The notes under the pieces: model-generated | What the model was told of the DNA's origin: nothing | Seen by the model: only the letters and a program-made list of their open reading frames with translations | Database searches by the model: none | Part shown: positions 8,325-17,623 of the stretch, in pieces | Numbering within the stretch: the first letter of the stretch is position 1 | Layout of the letters: every line of letters starts with the position of its first letter | Translations under genes and position numbers: made by a program | Source of the DNA: a virus | Taxonomy: Duplodnaviria > Caudoviricetes | Length of the DNA: 33,544 nt | Direction: 5' to 3' (one strand) | IMG/VR virus record: IMGVR_UViG_3300044878_000142 | Coordinates: 1-33,544 of that record

Positions 8325-10235
8325 TCACTTACCGGTTGCACGCCACATCATTGCCACAGCTCCTGGTGTAGTCACAGTCGCACCCGAAGATTCTGCGCCC
8401 CATGCGAAACCAGAGTTAGTTAAGTTGGCATAACAAGCAAGTGGACCTCTAGCTGCAAGGTTACCCGACTGACAGGTGATCTCTAGACTCAAACATACTG
8501 TCGGGAATGCAGTAGAAAAAGTTACCGCAGTAGATGCTCCGGTGTTAGTTGAGTAACCCCATTGCTCAATCAGTCCGCTCGGTAGCTTCTGGTTGCCGAT
8601 GGCCGCCAATGAAGCAGCGAAGACCGCCGCATGTTTAAGCGCGACCGAACCGCCAATCAAACGCCACTCGCCAGTCAGCCTCGACAGCAGCGCCGAATCA
8701 CCTTGCCCCAGAACAACGGATATCGCGGAACCGCTTGCATTCGTAATGATCTCGGCACCCGAAGCCAACAGCGTGACAGCCCCAGCCCCACCGCTTAGCA
8801 CCATGATCATGGCTCCCGGCCCCACTGGCGCGGTGGGCGGCAAGGTAACGTTAATTGCCGTCGGAGATGACGCGCTAACGATGCCGCCAACACTTCCATT
8901 GCCCAGTACCGTACTGTTATTGACCGTACCGAAGCTCGACCACTCGACCCCCATTCGCTTTACGAACTCGGTAGTTGCAAACTTCAGGGTGTTGTCGAAC
9001 AGCGCCGGCGTCGGACCGGTAGGGGCCCCCGTAAATGCCGGGCTGGCCAGTGGAGACTTGAGCGCCAGCAAGTTGGTGATGGTCGTGGCAAAGTTCGGGT
9101 CATCGCCCAAGGCGGCGGCCAGCTCATTGAGCGTATCCAGCGAAGCAGGGGACGACGCCACCAACGCCGCCAGCGCCGCTTGAACGAATGCCGTGTTAGC
9201 CGCCAGTTGACTGTTGTTCCCCGCCGCCACGTTCGGGACAGAAACCGCGCCGGTGAAGGTCGGGGCAGCCAAGTTCGCCTTGAGTGCTAACGCCGCGTCG
9301 ATCTGCGTCACGGTGTAGACATCCGTGAGGCCATAACCCGCCACCGTGGTCGGATTCGTCGCGGAAACCACGCGCCCGTATTTGTCCACGGTCACGCTGC
9401 GATAAGTCCCGACCGCCACCCCCGTGCGGCCAAAGGCCATTTCAAAAGCCAGCGCCGAAACTCCCAGGGTAATCGGGCCATCGGTGACCAACTGCCAAAC
9501 CCCGTCACCGTTGGCCGTGCCTTTTTCGACATGAACCAGTAGACCCGGTGTGACCTTCGCGCTGCTGTCCGCATCCGTGCGGCGCACCCAGGCGCCGACT
9601 GCCACCACATACAGGCCATTGTCTTTGGCTGCGACCTGATTTTTTACCAGCACCGTGGCGCCCGCTGGCAGCGCCACGGCGTCAATGGTCTGCAAACCGC
9701 TGAGGACGATGGCGGCAGTGGTCGCCACCAGCACCGAATGCTTGAAGTCCTGTTTGGCCAGCTCTTCGGTGACAAACTCGCGAGTAGCCAGCACCACGGC
9801 CGGATCGATCTTGAGCTGCACATTGCTGGAGTTGCTGACGATCAAATTCATGCGAACGACTTGCGTGCGGCCTGATCCTTGATTCAGCAGCGGCTTGAAG
9901 GACGGCGCGCAGTTGGCCACGGCCACCAGATCGCCCGCCTCGTCATACAGGCCAATCTCGCGAATCCACTCCCCGCCGACCTCGGCCGGAATGACTTGCT
10001 CCGCCACAATGATTCCGGCGTTATTGGGGTCAACCTTGAGCTGATTCAGCGGCGCCCGGCGCCACTCACCGAGCAGGCTGGTTTGCGTCGCGTCAGGCAT
10101 CGGGTCCGTGCCGTTGGCATGCCCGACCGCCATTTCGGTGATCTTCCAGGGAATGCCCAGGGCGTCGGCATTGGCCTGTTTGGCCACGCCGATATTGGTG
10201 AGAATTGCGAAAAACTGCGAAGACTGGTCAATCAT
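8325..10235 (-). CDS. H: Tail fibre protein gpH
   Basis: P2-type N-terminal anchor (AILTNIGVAK, GEWIREIGLYD, GSGRTQVVRM, IDPAVVLATR); LDTLNELAAALGDDPNF and ASPAFTG shaft motifs; C-terminal QKLPSGLIEQWG domain. Confidence 0.93.
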   Translation of the reverse strand: MIDQSSQFFAILTNIGVAKQANADALGIPWKITEMAVGHANGTDPMPDATQTSLLGEWRRAPLNQLKVDPNNAGIIVAEQVIPAEVGGEWIREIGLYDEAGDLVAVANCAPSFKPLLNQGSGRTQVVRMNLIVSNSSNVQLKIDPAVVLATREFVTEELAKQDFKHSVLVATTAAIVLSGLQTIDAVALPAGATVLVKNQVAAKDNGLYVVAVGAWVRRTDADSSAKVTPGLLVHVEKGTANGDGVWQLVTDGPITLGVSALAFEMAFGRTGVAVGTYRSVTVDKYGRVVSATNPTTVAGYGLTDVYTVTQIDAALALKANLAAPTFTGAVSVPNVAAGNNSQLAANTAFVQAALAALVASSPASLDTLNELAAALGDDPNFATTITNLLALKSPLASPAFTGAPTGPTPALFDNTLKFATTEFVKRMGVEWSSFGTVNNSTVLGNGSVGGIVSASSPTAINVTLPPTAPVGPGAMIMVLSGGAGAVTLLASGAEIITNASGSAISVVLGQGDSALLSRLTGEWRLIGGSVALKHAAVFAASLAAIGNQKLPSGLIEQWGYSTNTGASTAVTFSTAFPTVCLSLEITCQSGNLAARGPLACYANLTNSGFAWGAESSGATVTTPGAVAMMWRATGK

Positions 10236-10846
10236 GGGTATACATCCAGAGTGTCGATCATGTGATCACGCCCACCGCGCCCGATGGTGCCGGTGACTTC
10301 AATGTCGCGGGGTTCAGGGGGGTAAACGTCAATTTCGTCGCCGTCGTAGATCGAGGCGCCAATAAAAACCGAGCCGGCCGCCTCCAGACTGATCGCGAGC
10401 CCGGTCAGATGTCGGGTGACGGGCTTGGCGTCGTCGATCAGGCGCTCCAGCTCCTGATACATTTCCTCGGTGATACCGGTGTCGAGGACGCCAACCTTCA
10501 GTGCGAAGGTGCCCCGCTCGCCCATGGGCACGGTTTCCCACCACTCAACCACCTCGATCAGGTAGCCAAGCGGCTCGACCACGCGGCGTACCGCTTTGAT
10601 TGTCCCTTTGCGCTTGTGGACGAAGAACGAAGACTTAATGACAGAGCGCTTAGTTTTCTCCGTCCAGCTTTGATCCCAGCGATCAACGGAAAGCGCCCAT
10701 GCAAGGTAGGGGAGTAGAACCAGTGGGCAACGCTCGGGGCTCCACAAGTCCCGCAGTGGCACACCGAGTGCCATTGCTTCAGCCATAGCTTCGGCGGCGG
10801 CCCGTTCAAGTGGGGTTGAACCGCTCGGCAGCAGGGACTTACTCAT
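10232..10846 (-). CDS. I: Tail/baseplate protein gpI
   Basis: SLLPSGSTPLE, CPLVLLPYLAWALSVDRW, HKRKGT and IDDAKPVTRHL motifs. Confidence 0.93.
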   Translation of the reverse strand: MSKSLLPSGSTPLERAAAEAMAEAMALGVPLRDLWSPERCPLVLLPYLAWALSVDRWDQSWTEKTKRSVIKSSFFVHKRKGTIKAVRRVVEPLGYLIEVVEWWETVPMGERGTFALKVGVLDTGITEEMYQELERLIDDAKPVTRHLTGLAISLEAAGSVFIGASIYDGDEIDVYPPEPRDIEVTGTIGRGGRDHMIDTLDVYP

Positions 10847-11750
10847 CCGATCCACCCAGCGAAATGGTGGAGCTGGTGCAGTACCCGGCCTGTTCCTTGG
10901 TCAGAACGATGTCCGTGACCGGTTTTACAAGCTCAACGCGCTGTACCCCTTCGACATGCAGAGCGGCGTAGAGAGCTGAGCGTCTAATGTCCCGACCGAT
11001 ACGCCGTTGATTCCCGATGTACGCTTGGAGTGATTTTTCCGCTGCCGCGCGTATGGGTTCGCTCTCGGGGCCAGGGTAGTAGTAAAGAACGGCTTCGACG
11101 GCGTATTCGACAATCGTGACGGACTGAACGGTCAGACGATCGCCAAGGGGCCGAACGTCTTCATCGCTTAAGGCGGCTGTGACTTTTGCAAGTAACGCGG
11201 GAGACGCTATTCCCTTGCCTTCACGCGAAAGAACGCTAACCACCACCTCGCATGGTGCTGGGCTCTCCGCGCTGACATCCGACACTTGGCCGTCTGCCGA
11301 TAGCGCGTGGTAGATGTACGCGCCTCGTGGGCCAGCTACAGATAGCCCCTCGAAGGCCATCTGACACCGAGCTCGTAGATCTTCATTGCTCTCCATCGTG
11401 GGAGGAATTGGAGGCACTGCCAGAGGGTTGCCACTATCCAGCTCAAGCCGTTCCAAATGGAAGTTGGCCGCGAGCTGATCAAGGTCTCCGTCATTGCTGA
11501 AAGCAAGCATCACCGCGAGTGCCGCTTCGTTGATCCGCTGCCGCAGCAGCATTTCGCGATAGGCGTTCTCTTGGAGCATCTTGGTGATGGGCTCCGATTC
11601 AAGCTGCAGGGTTGCGCGGACATCGTCCTGTTTCTCGATCGGGTTCAGGCTTACAAAGCGCTCTTTCCGCTCAGCCAGGATTTGCTCGTAGTCGACCACC
11701 TCAATGACGTTTGGCTCAGGGAGCTGCGATAAATCGATCAGGCCGCTCAT
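10839..11750 (-). CDS. J: Baseplate assembly protein gpJ
   Basis: IDLSQLPEP, LESEP, SVAGPRGAY and DVRPLGDRLTV motifs. Confidence 0.95.
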   Translation of the reverse strand: MSGLIDLSQLPEPNVIEVVDYEQILAERKERFVSLNPIEKQDDVRATLQLESEPITKMLQENAYREMLLRQRINEAALAVMLAFSNDGDLDQLAANFHLERLELDSGNPLAVPPIPPTMESNEDLRARCQMAFEGLSVAGPRGAYIYHALSADGQVSDVSAESPAPCEVVVSVLSREGKGIASPALLAKVTAALSDEDVRPLGDRLTVQSVTIVEYAVEAVLYYYPGPESEPIRAAAEKSLQAYIGNQRRIGRDIRRSALYAALHVEGVQRVELVKPVTDIVLTKEQAGYCTSSTISLGGSDE

Positions 11751-12112
11751 GCGCTTGCCCCCTTGAGTGGAACTGTAATTTGAATGGGGGTGCCCGATTG
11801 CGGGCCGTCAGCGCGTGTGCCGTCCAGCTCAGCGATCAGTGAACCGGGAGTCGAACCAGTCGTGACGAGGAAACCCTTCAAACGGATGCGAGGCTCCCAG
11901 CGAAGCAAAGCCATAACGCCTGCCGCGCTGATGCGAAGAGGCAACGAGGCGTTCATAGGCTGATCGATCAGATCTGGTATCAGCGACCCGTATTCACGGC
12001 GCATAACGCGAGATCCGATTGGTGTTACGAAAATGTCCCTACACGACTGCCGGATGTGATCGAGCTCGGTAAGTTCTTGGCCGGTGCTGGCATTCATGCC
12101 CGAGTAGTTCAT
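11747..12112 (-). CDS. W: Baseplate wedge protein gpW (gp25-like)
   Basis: HIRQSCRDIFVTPIGSRVMRREYGS...DQP...RWEPRI. Confidence 0.94.
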   Translation of the reverse strand: MNYSGMNASTGQELTELDHIRQSCRDIFVTPIGSRVMRREYGSLIPDLIDQPMNASLPLRISAAGVMALLRWEPRIRLKGFLVTTGSTPGSLIAELDGTRADGPQSGTPIQITVPLKGASA

Positions 12113-12678
12113 ATCGGGCCTCCGGTGCCTGGGTGTTTGTGGGTGTGAACGATGATGCCGTTCGAGCTCATGTTTCCGCCTTGCTGCACAACCTCACCGG
12201 TTATCTCGGCACCTTGTTCAACAAAGAGTTTTCCCATCACCCGTAGGTTTCCGGTGGTCTCGACTTCGGGGCAATCCACTGTGCATTTCTCGGCGGCTTG
12301 CAGTAGCGCGGTTTTGATACCACTGACTTCCAGCGCACCGGACTTGTGGTTGTAAAGGATCCGAGCGCCGTCTGGATAAACCCGCAGGCATTCGTCAGGG
12401 CTGTCGCTCGGCGATGGGATGCTGTTCGAGTTCAGACCGACCAGCACAAGGCCCAGCGCCGGATCTCCGCTCGGGCTGAAAATGACGCACTGCTCATCTT
12501 TGGTCGGTGGATCCCAGTCCCGAGTAGTGCCAGCGCGGAGGGTGATGCACGAGAGCCAGTTTGATGTCAGCCCCCCGGATGCAACGCGCACGCGCAGAGG
12601 CTTGAGCTGCACTTCGGAGATAGTTCCGGTGCGGATCAGGCTTTCAAGGCGGCGGGCAAGGTCGGCGAATTCGGTCAT
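12109..12678 (-). CDS. V: Baseplate spike protein gpV
   Basis: RRLESLIRTGTISEV, RAGTTRDWDPP, SPSGD, YPDGA and C-terminal HTHKH metal-binding motif. Start at ATG 12678. Confidence 0.93.
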   Translation of the reverse strand: MTEFADLARRLESLIRTGTISEVQLKPLRVRVASGGLTSNWLSCITLRAGTTRDWDPPTKDEQCVIFSPSGDPALGLVLVGLNSNSIPSPSDSPDECLRVYPDGARILYNHKSGALEVSGIKTALLQAAEKCTVDCPEVETTGNLRVMGKLFVEQGAEITGEVVQQGGNMSSNGIIVHTHKHPGTGGPI

Positions 12679-12723
12679 GGCGCAAGAATGCCGCGCGGGT
12701 GTGAGCTCGGCATTCCGTGAGTG

Positions 12724-12744
12724 TTGTGCCGGATTGCGGCACAA
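12724..12744. promoter_or_regulatory. Ogr-type late promoter activator site (pV)
   Basis: TTGTGC-cggattgcg-GCACAA upstream of V. Confidence 0.8.
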
Positions 12745-12749
12745 CTGAA

Positions 12750-13196
12750 TCAGCGGGCAAGGTGTGAGATTACGAGGTCGTGAACGGCGTTGACGTCATC
12801 ATCGGTGAAACCGAGTAGCTCGCGAGTGGCGTACTGGGCTTCTTTGCCGCCCTTCTGCACCCGTTCGCGGAGTCCCAATTGGTGTACGCGAGCGATACGC
12901 TCGACCTGCCCCACAAACCCGACCACCGCGCTGTTCGAGGTGGCTGCAGTCTTGAGGTAGCGAGCGGTACGCAGTTTGCTGAACATTGTCCTGCGGATTC
13001 TCCCTGCCTTTTGCCGCAACTGCGGTTTGCGCTTGGCGAATGGCGTTCCATCCGGGTTCATCTGGTCCGCAATTCGCTTGCGTTGCCGGGGTTGTATTTC
13101 CTTGGCAATGGCCCGCGCAAGGTCGCGCCGCGCGCTGGGTTCGAGCTGGGCCAATAGCCCGCCGAGGCGAGCTTCTAACGGATCCAGGCTGCTCAA
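12750..13196 (-). CDS. S: Tail completion/virion morphogenesis protein gpS
   Basis: RIADQMNPDGTPFAKRK, RIARVHQLG and RELLG motifs; TTG start overlaps the R stop. Confidence 0.92.
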   Translation of the reverse strand: MSSLDPLEARLGGLLAQLEPSARRDLARAIAKEIQPRQRKRIADQMNPDGTPFAKRKPQLRQKAGRIRRTMFSKLRTARYLKTAATSNSAVVGFVGQVERIARVHQLGLRERVQKGGKEAQYATRELLGFTDDDVNAVHDLVISHLAR

Positions 13197-13663
13197 GATG
13201 TCGTCACCTTCTCACCGTGAATGATGAGCTCCCACTGTTCGACTTCCGCATAGGGATCGAGGGCGGGCTCATCAAGATGTTTGATGGTTCGCTGCCCTGT
13301 AGCGAGATCGTCGGTGACCGCCACTCGCTCAGTGAGTCTGAGCTTGATCGAGATATCCGCCGTCTTGTTGTTGAGAATCTCAGCCTCGAACGAAAAGCCA
13401 TCGCGCATCTTGTCGCGGTTCAACATCATGTCGGGTTGATTGACCTTGAGCCAGCCGAGGATTGGAACCATCAGTGTGTCGGGGTGACCTGCATAATCTG
13501 TGACGATGGCGTTCAGGATGTACTGGTATTCAAAGGACAGCGTGTTCGCTGCCGTGGCGATGATGTTCCCTTCATCCAGAAAGATATGCAGCTTGTCCGG
13601 GTCTCGCTTCAACTGCGGAACAGCAGTTCTCAGCAGAGCTCGCAGGCTGTCGGGCTTATTCAT
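13193..13663 (-). CDS. R: Tail completion protein gpR
   Basis: MNKPDSLRALL...PDKLHIFLDEG...SFEYQY...WLKVNQPD...LRLTERV. Confidence 0.92.
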   Translation of the reverse strand: MNKPDSLRALLRTAVPQLKRDPDKLHIFLDEGNIIATAANTLSFEYQYILNAIVTDYAGHPDTLMVPILGWLKVNQPDMMLNRDKMRDGFSFEAEILNNKTADISIKLRLTERVAVTDDLATGQRTIKHLDEPALDPYAEVEQWELIIHGEKVTTS

Positions 13664-13863
13664 TCGAGCGCCCCTTGGCAATCTATGCAGCGTTCGCAGC
13701 CCGGCATGGCATCCCTTCGTGCTTGAGGGATCTGATCGTCGCAGTCCCGGCAGTGAGTCGCGCTCGGGGTCAGCACCGGTGGATTAGCAGCAAAATGACG
13801 GGCCAGCGCCTCATCACGTTGACGTTGTTCGAGGCCTTGTGCGCGGTCTTGAGGTGTGGTCAT
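13660..13863 (-). CDS. TraR/DksA C4 zinc-finger protein
   Basis: DRAQ...SATHCRDCDDQIPQARRDAMPGCERCIDCQ; translationally coupled on both sides. Confidence 0.88.
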   Translation of the reverse strand: MTTPQDRAQGLEQRQRDEALARHFAANPPVLTPSATHCRDCDDQIPQARRDAMPGCERCIDCQGALE

Positions 13864-14144
13864 GGGTGCTTCCGTTCGTTCTTGGCTTTTTCAGCTTTCA
13901 GTTGGCAGTCGAGGATCATGTCTACCTGCGCGGCGCACGCCGCCCAGGCTTCCTCGGACTCTTCAGGGTTGAGCAGCAGCTCGCCGTTGCTCGTCGGTTG
14001 GCTCGGTGGAAGGCGGCACGCGGTTACGCGCGGACAGCCAAGCTCGGTATTGGCTGGCTCCGACGATCTCGGGGCGTTTGCGCAGGCTGACAGCAGCAGG
14101 AGGCAGCTCAGCAGCGGCCCAATCACGAAACTGTTTGTTTTCAC
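13860..14144 (-). CDS. lysC: Outer-membrane lipoprotein spanin (Rz1/LysC-like)
   Basis: Lipobox LLLLSAC; GCPRVTACRLP...NGEL...WAACAAQVDMILDCQ; overlaps the LysB gene in another frame. Confidence 0.88.
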   Translation of the reverse strand: MKTNSFVIGPLLSCLLLLSACANAPRSSEPANTELGCPRVTACRLPPSQPTSNGELLLNPEESEEAWAACAAQVDMILDCQLKAEKAKNERKHP

Positions 14145-14424
14145 GTTTGAACCTCTCGATCAGTTCTTTGCTTTGCTGATTGCTGCTGCGGATATCAGCG
14201 AGCAAATCGCGCAGTTCTGCGTTGGCCTTGTCACGGTCTGCGGCGTTCTCGCTGATGGCGTTCAGTTGCTGGCCGATGCGGTCAGCGGTGTTTTTCGCCC
14301 CATCTCGTTGCTCGGTCGCATACGTGAGCTCAGCGGCTTTCAGGCGGTATTGCTGAACACCGACCAGCGCCATGCAGGCGACCAAAGCCAAGGCAAGTGG
14401 GCTACCGAGTAATGGCATGGGCAC
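13963..14424 (-). CDS. lysB: Inner-membrane spanin (Rz/LysB-like)
   Basis: N-terminal TM segment, coiled-coil body and ENKQFRDWAAAELP motif; alternative ATG at 14418. Confidence 0.85.
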   Translation of the reverse strand: MPMPLLGSPLALALVACMALVGVQQYRLKAAELTYATEQRDGAKNTADRIGQQLNAISENAADRDKANAELRDLLADIRSSNQQSKELIERFKRENKQFRDWAAAELPPAAVSLRKRPEIVGASQYRAWLSARNRVPPSTEPTDEQRRAAAQP

Positions 14425-14427
14425 CTC

Positions 14428-14643
14428 TCAGTGAGTGGTTTTCTGTGGCAATGAGCGATAGAGGCCTACCGCTGCGAGATCGAGCTCTGAGACTTTTTCG
14501 ATCGGGCAGGTGAGGACGATGATTCGCTTGTCGGGGTGCAGGTTGGTGATTGCTGAGGAAAGCCAGCGCAAGCACTCCTGCGTGGTATCGGCAGGCACCC
14601 GCAGGATGTCTCCGTCTTCGAGCTGAAGGTGGTCGATCTTCAT
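14428..14643 (-). CDS. Small hypothetical protein in the lysis cassette (71 aa)
   Basis: ATG 14643 overlaps the endolysin stop (ATGA); MKIDHLQLEDGDILRVP...; fills the gap to lysB. Confidence 0.7.
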   Translation of the reverse strand: MKIDHLQLEDGDILRVPADTTQECLRWLSSAITNLHPDKRIIVLTCPIEKVSELDLAAVGLYRSLPQKTTH

Positions 14644-15443
14644 GCGGCTAGCCTCTCGAAACGTTCGTAAGCCTGGGCGAGCTTCGCGTCGTAGAGGTTT
14701 TCCTTGTACGCCGGGCCGTTGTAGAGCTTGGCGAACTCGGCCCATTTGCGGGCCTTCAATGCCTTGTGTAGCGTGGCATCCGAGGCGATGAAGTTGACGA
14801 AGGCATCGAGCTGCGCTCCCTCGCTTTCGCTCATCTTGTCGACGAACTGGGCGGCGCTGCCGTAGCCGAGGTTTTCCCAGTGGTAGCCCATGATCTGGAA
14901 CAGTCCCCAGCTACAGGCCTCGTAAGCGATGTCGGCGAACGCATCGCCGATAATCAGTCGCGCGTTTCTCAGGCGTGCCCACTCACCGGCCCCGCCGGTA
15001 TAACCGCCGCGTTTCGGGTTGCAGAGGTTTGGGTATCGGGCTGCCAGAGTTTCAACATCGGCGCCTTTGGCCTTCAAGCGCTGATAGAAAACATGACGTT
15101 CAAACAGGATCACGGGGCGACCATCAGGCAAGAATCCGCAGCCGTTACTCTCCACCGAGTTGACTGTCTTGATGCTGATCAACGGAAGCTCCAGGCGATC
15201 AGCCGCGGCTTGCAGATCCTGCTCGCGAAGAACGCGAGTCGAAGGTTTGCCGACCAGAAAGGCCATGGTTTTTGCTCCGGCAATGCCGTCGGCAACCAAC
15301 CCCGCCTCGCGCTGCAATTCAATAACGGCTGCCTGCGTGGATGTACCAAACCAGCCGTCGATCGAGATTTTGGCCCCGCGTTTGTTGAGCAATCGTTGTA
15401 GCTCAGCAACGTCGCTGCCGTGGCTATCCATTTTTAGAACCAT
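14640..15443 (-). CDS. Modular endolysin: peptidoglycan-binding domain plus N-acetylmuramidase (DUF3380-like)
   Basis: GSDVAELQRLL...DGWFG...Q...GLVADGIAGAKT binding domain; VESNG, ILFERH, SWGLFQIMGYH and FAKLYNGP catalytic-domain motifs. Confidence 0.92.
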   Translation of the reverse strand: MVLKMDSHGSDVAELQRLLNKRGAKISIDGWFGTSTQAAVIELQREAGLVADGIAGAKTMAFLVGKPSTRVLREQDLQAAADRLELPLISIKTVNSVESNGCGFLPDGRPVILFERHVFYQRLKAKGADVETLAARYPNLCNPKRGGYTGGAGEWARLRNARLIIGDAFADIAYEACSWGLFQIMGYHWENLGYGSAAQFVDKMSESEGAQLDAFVNFIASDATLHKALKARKWAEFAKLYNGPAYKENLYDAKLAQAYERFERLAA

Positions 15444-15754
15444 GTCTCTCTCCGTAGCAGTCGAACGAATCGGTTATCCAGTGGTGAATTGCTTGGTCGG
15501 CACAGCTCGATCACGTTGCCTCGAACAGATATCAAGGCGATGCAGAGCAGCAGATTGAGAACGAGCTGCGGCGGGTCAGGGGGGTAAGGGCGCCCGATCA
15601 TGTGCATGATCGGAACCGAGCCCGCTGCGACGGTGACCGTGTAGGCGAGCAGTGAGGCAAACGGTCGGTGCGTTGCGCCCTTGCGACTGAAAAGCATCAG
15701 TGACAGCGCGATGAGGCCGCAGAGAATGCTGTTGATCAGGGGCAGGTAGTTCAT
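15434..15754 (-). CDS. Holin-like membrane protein
   Basis: Three hydrophobic segments and a basic C-terminus (RGNV...RLLRR); immediately upstream of the endolysin. Confidence 0.78.
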   Translation of the reverse strand: MNYLPLINSILCGLIALSLMLFSRKGATHRPFASLLAYTVTVAAGSVPIMHMIGRPYPPDPPQLVLNLLLCIALISVRGNVIELCRPSNSPLDNRFVRLLRRETWF

Positions 15755-16125
15755 TTCCGACCTCCTTTAAACCGCTCGAAAACGGCGCTGGGGTTTTCGG
15801 CGAGCTTGATCAGCCAAAGCAGAAGACGCACAGCTACGGCTGCGGCGACTAATGCGCCTAAGCCTTCACTGACTTCAATTCGCTCAGGCAACAGGCTGGA
15901 CATCAGCGCGGCGGCGATCGAGGCGCTTAGGATCCCGGCGATAAAGCTGATGGCGAAGAACCCCACCTTCTTGGCGTTCGTGAGGTCCGTGGCGGATAGG
16001 ACAAAGACGACAGCCCCGGCGAAGGCACCGAGGATCACCGCCGCCTCTACTCCGGGAAGTAAGGACAGCGATCCGACGGCGACGACGGATCCAGTTGCGT
16101 AGCTGGTAGAGACTGGCTCGGCCAT
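15751..16125 (-). CDS. Putative holin
   Basis: MAEPVST...VILGAFAGAVVFVLS...FAISFIAG; multiple TM segments and a basic tail. Confidence 0.8.
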   Translation of the reverse strand: MAEPVSTSYATGSVVAVGSLSLLPGVEAAVILGAFAGAVVFVLSATDLTNAKKVGFFAISFIAGILSASIAAALMSSLLPERIEVSEGLGALVAAAVAVRLLLWLIKLAENPSAVFERFKGGRK

Positions 16126-16131
16126 TTGTTT

Positions 16132-16335
16132 TCAATCCCAAAGTTGAACCAGGCGGTTTTGCGCTGGTGGGGGTAGGTCGGGGAGGGTGACTAAGGTTCC
16201 GTGCGGCAGAACGGCGCCGAACGCGGCGAGATCCGGGTTGGCTTGCAACGTCGCCTCGACCACGCCTGCTGTGCGTCCGTAGTGACGCCACACCAGTGCG
16301 TCCAGGGTGTCGCCCTGTTGGGCGCGCACTTGCAT
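16132..16335 (-). CDS. X: Tail protein gpX
   Basis: VRAQQGDTLDALVWRHYG...ANPDLA...LPHGTLVTLP...QLWD. Confidence 0.94.
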   Translation of the reverse strand: MQVRAQQGDTLDALVWRHYGRTAGVVEATLQANPDLAAFGAVLPHGTLVTLPDLPPPAQNRLVQLWD

Positions 16336-16811
16336 CAGATGAGCTCTATCGTGGATCGGCCAACGCCCAGCAGATCCCGGATTGCCCATCGGGCATCGCG
16401 GCGCAGATCGTCGATCGGGGTTTCAAGGGAGTCGGCGGCTTTATGGCCGTCGGCTGTGGTGTCGGAGTCGCGATAGCGTTCGCGCAGGTTGGCTGAAGCG
16501 TTGGAGTAGACGGCCCGCAGGTAGAAGTAAACCAGCTCGCTTTTGCCGTCGATGGCTTCGGCTGGAACCGCATCAAGGGTGCTGTGGCCTGCGGCCTGCT
16601 GGGTTACGCGCCACTGACGAAGATCCCGGTTTGCACTGGTGATGGCTTCGACCGCTGCGTGGTACAGGCGAGGGTGGCTGACGGTGCCGTCAAGGCGAAC
16701 GGTTTCCCGCAGATCCGCCAGATCGATGTCCGGGAAAAAGCCAGAGTTTCGGATGGTGTTTTCCGGGCAGTCACTGCTGATGAGTTCGTCCGTGGCTACA
16801 AAACCGCTCAT
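16335..16811 (-). CDS. L: Head completion protein gpL
   Basis: NSGFFPDI, RLDGTV, YLRAVY and DLRRDARWAIRDLLG motifs; GGAG RBS before ATG 16811. Confidence 0.92.
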   Translation of the reverse strand: MSGFVATDELISSDCPENTIRNSGFFPDIDLADLRETVRLDGTVSHPRLYHAAVEAITSANRDLRQWRVTQQAAGHSTLDAVPAEAIDGKSELVYFYLRAVYSNASANLRERYRDSDTTADGHKAADSLETPIDDLRRDARWAIRDLLGVGRSTIELI

Positions 16812-16824
16812 GAATCGCTCCGGT

Positions 16825-16886
16825 AAAAAAAAGGGCGGTGGAGGGGGTTTTGGCGAGGCAAGCCTGCCGTCACCCCCTGCCGCCCT
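16825..16886 (-). terminator. Long GC hairpin plus U8 between M and L (attenuator/terminator-like)
   Basis: Minus strand reads AGGGCGGCAGGGGG...CCCCCTCCACCGCCCT followed by a T-run. Confidence 0.55.
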
Positions 16887-16908
16887 GGTGCGCGGGGTTC
16901 GCCCGGTG

Positions 16909-17619
16909 TCAGCTACCAGCGCCGCTGGTAGTTGCATTCTTAAGCTCGCGTTCGAGCTTCTGGATTTCTTTCTTGATGCCGACCTTGTCGTTGAGCTCCA
17001 TGGCACGCTTCATGTGCTCCAAGGCAGCGGCACCGGTGATCATCACGTCAGGGGTCAACGGTTGGTCGACGATCGAGAGGCTGAGCGACAGGCCGATTTC
17101 CTTGTGCAGCTTTGCGCGCACCTGATCCGGCATGTCCTGGCCGAGCGTCAGCTCAAGGACGTCCTTCAACGCGGTGGCATCCACGGGGTAGCCACCGTCT
17201 CGGGCACGCTTGGCAGCGTCAGCAAACTCTTCGGCGATAAGCGTTGAAGTGGTGCGCTGGTACTGATCAGGCAGCGAGAGCTGATGCGCGATTGCATAGC
17301 GGGCGATTTCCATAGCGCCGCGTCCGTCACCGGCGTCAATGCGCCAGATAAGGACCGTCATCAGCACGTCGTCCTGAACGCCAGTACCTGCGGCCAGCAC
17401 ACCCTCAACGTAGGGAACGTACTCCGGCAACAGTTCGCGCTTCAGCTCGGCCTTGAGCTCCATCGACTGAACTTCCTTCAGGCGGCGGCGATCGGTCGCG
17501 AGCTTGTGCAGCATCAGCTCATAACCGGTAGCGAGAGCCAGCGGGTTGTCCTCTGCTGCTGCGGAAGTTTCCGCAGCAGCAGTGGCCCGCATGAAGTGTG
17601 CTTGTGCGGGGGTTGGCAT
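16909..17619 (-). CDS. M: Terminase small (endonuclease) subunit gpM
   Basis: PAQAHF, KRELLPEYVPYVEGVL, QDDVL...WRIDAGD, DMPDQVRAKLHK and VGIKKEI motifs. Confidence 0.94.
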   Translation of the reverse strand: MPTPAQAHFMRATAAAETSAAAEDNPLALATGYELMLHKLATDRRRLKEVQSMELKAELKRELLPEYVPYVEGVLAAGTGVQDDVLMTVLIWRIDAGDGRGAMEIARYAIAHQLSLPDQYQRTTSTLIAEEFADAAKRARDGGYPVDATALKDVLELTLGQDMPDQVRAKLHKEIGLSLSLSIVDQPLTPDVMITGAAALEHMKRAMELNDKVGIKKEIQKLERELKNATTSGAGS

Positions 17620-17623
17620 GCCG

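Noticed and set aside
7695-10235. Invertible tail fibre cassette or diversity-generating retroelement
   Set aside because: No invertase, reverse transcriptase, second fibre tip or template-repeat copy is visible.
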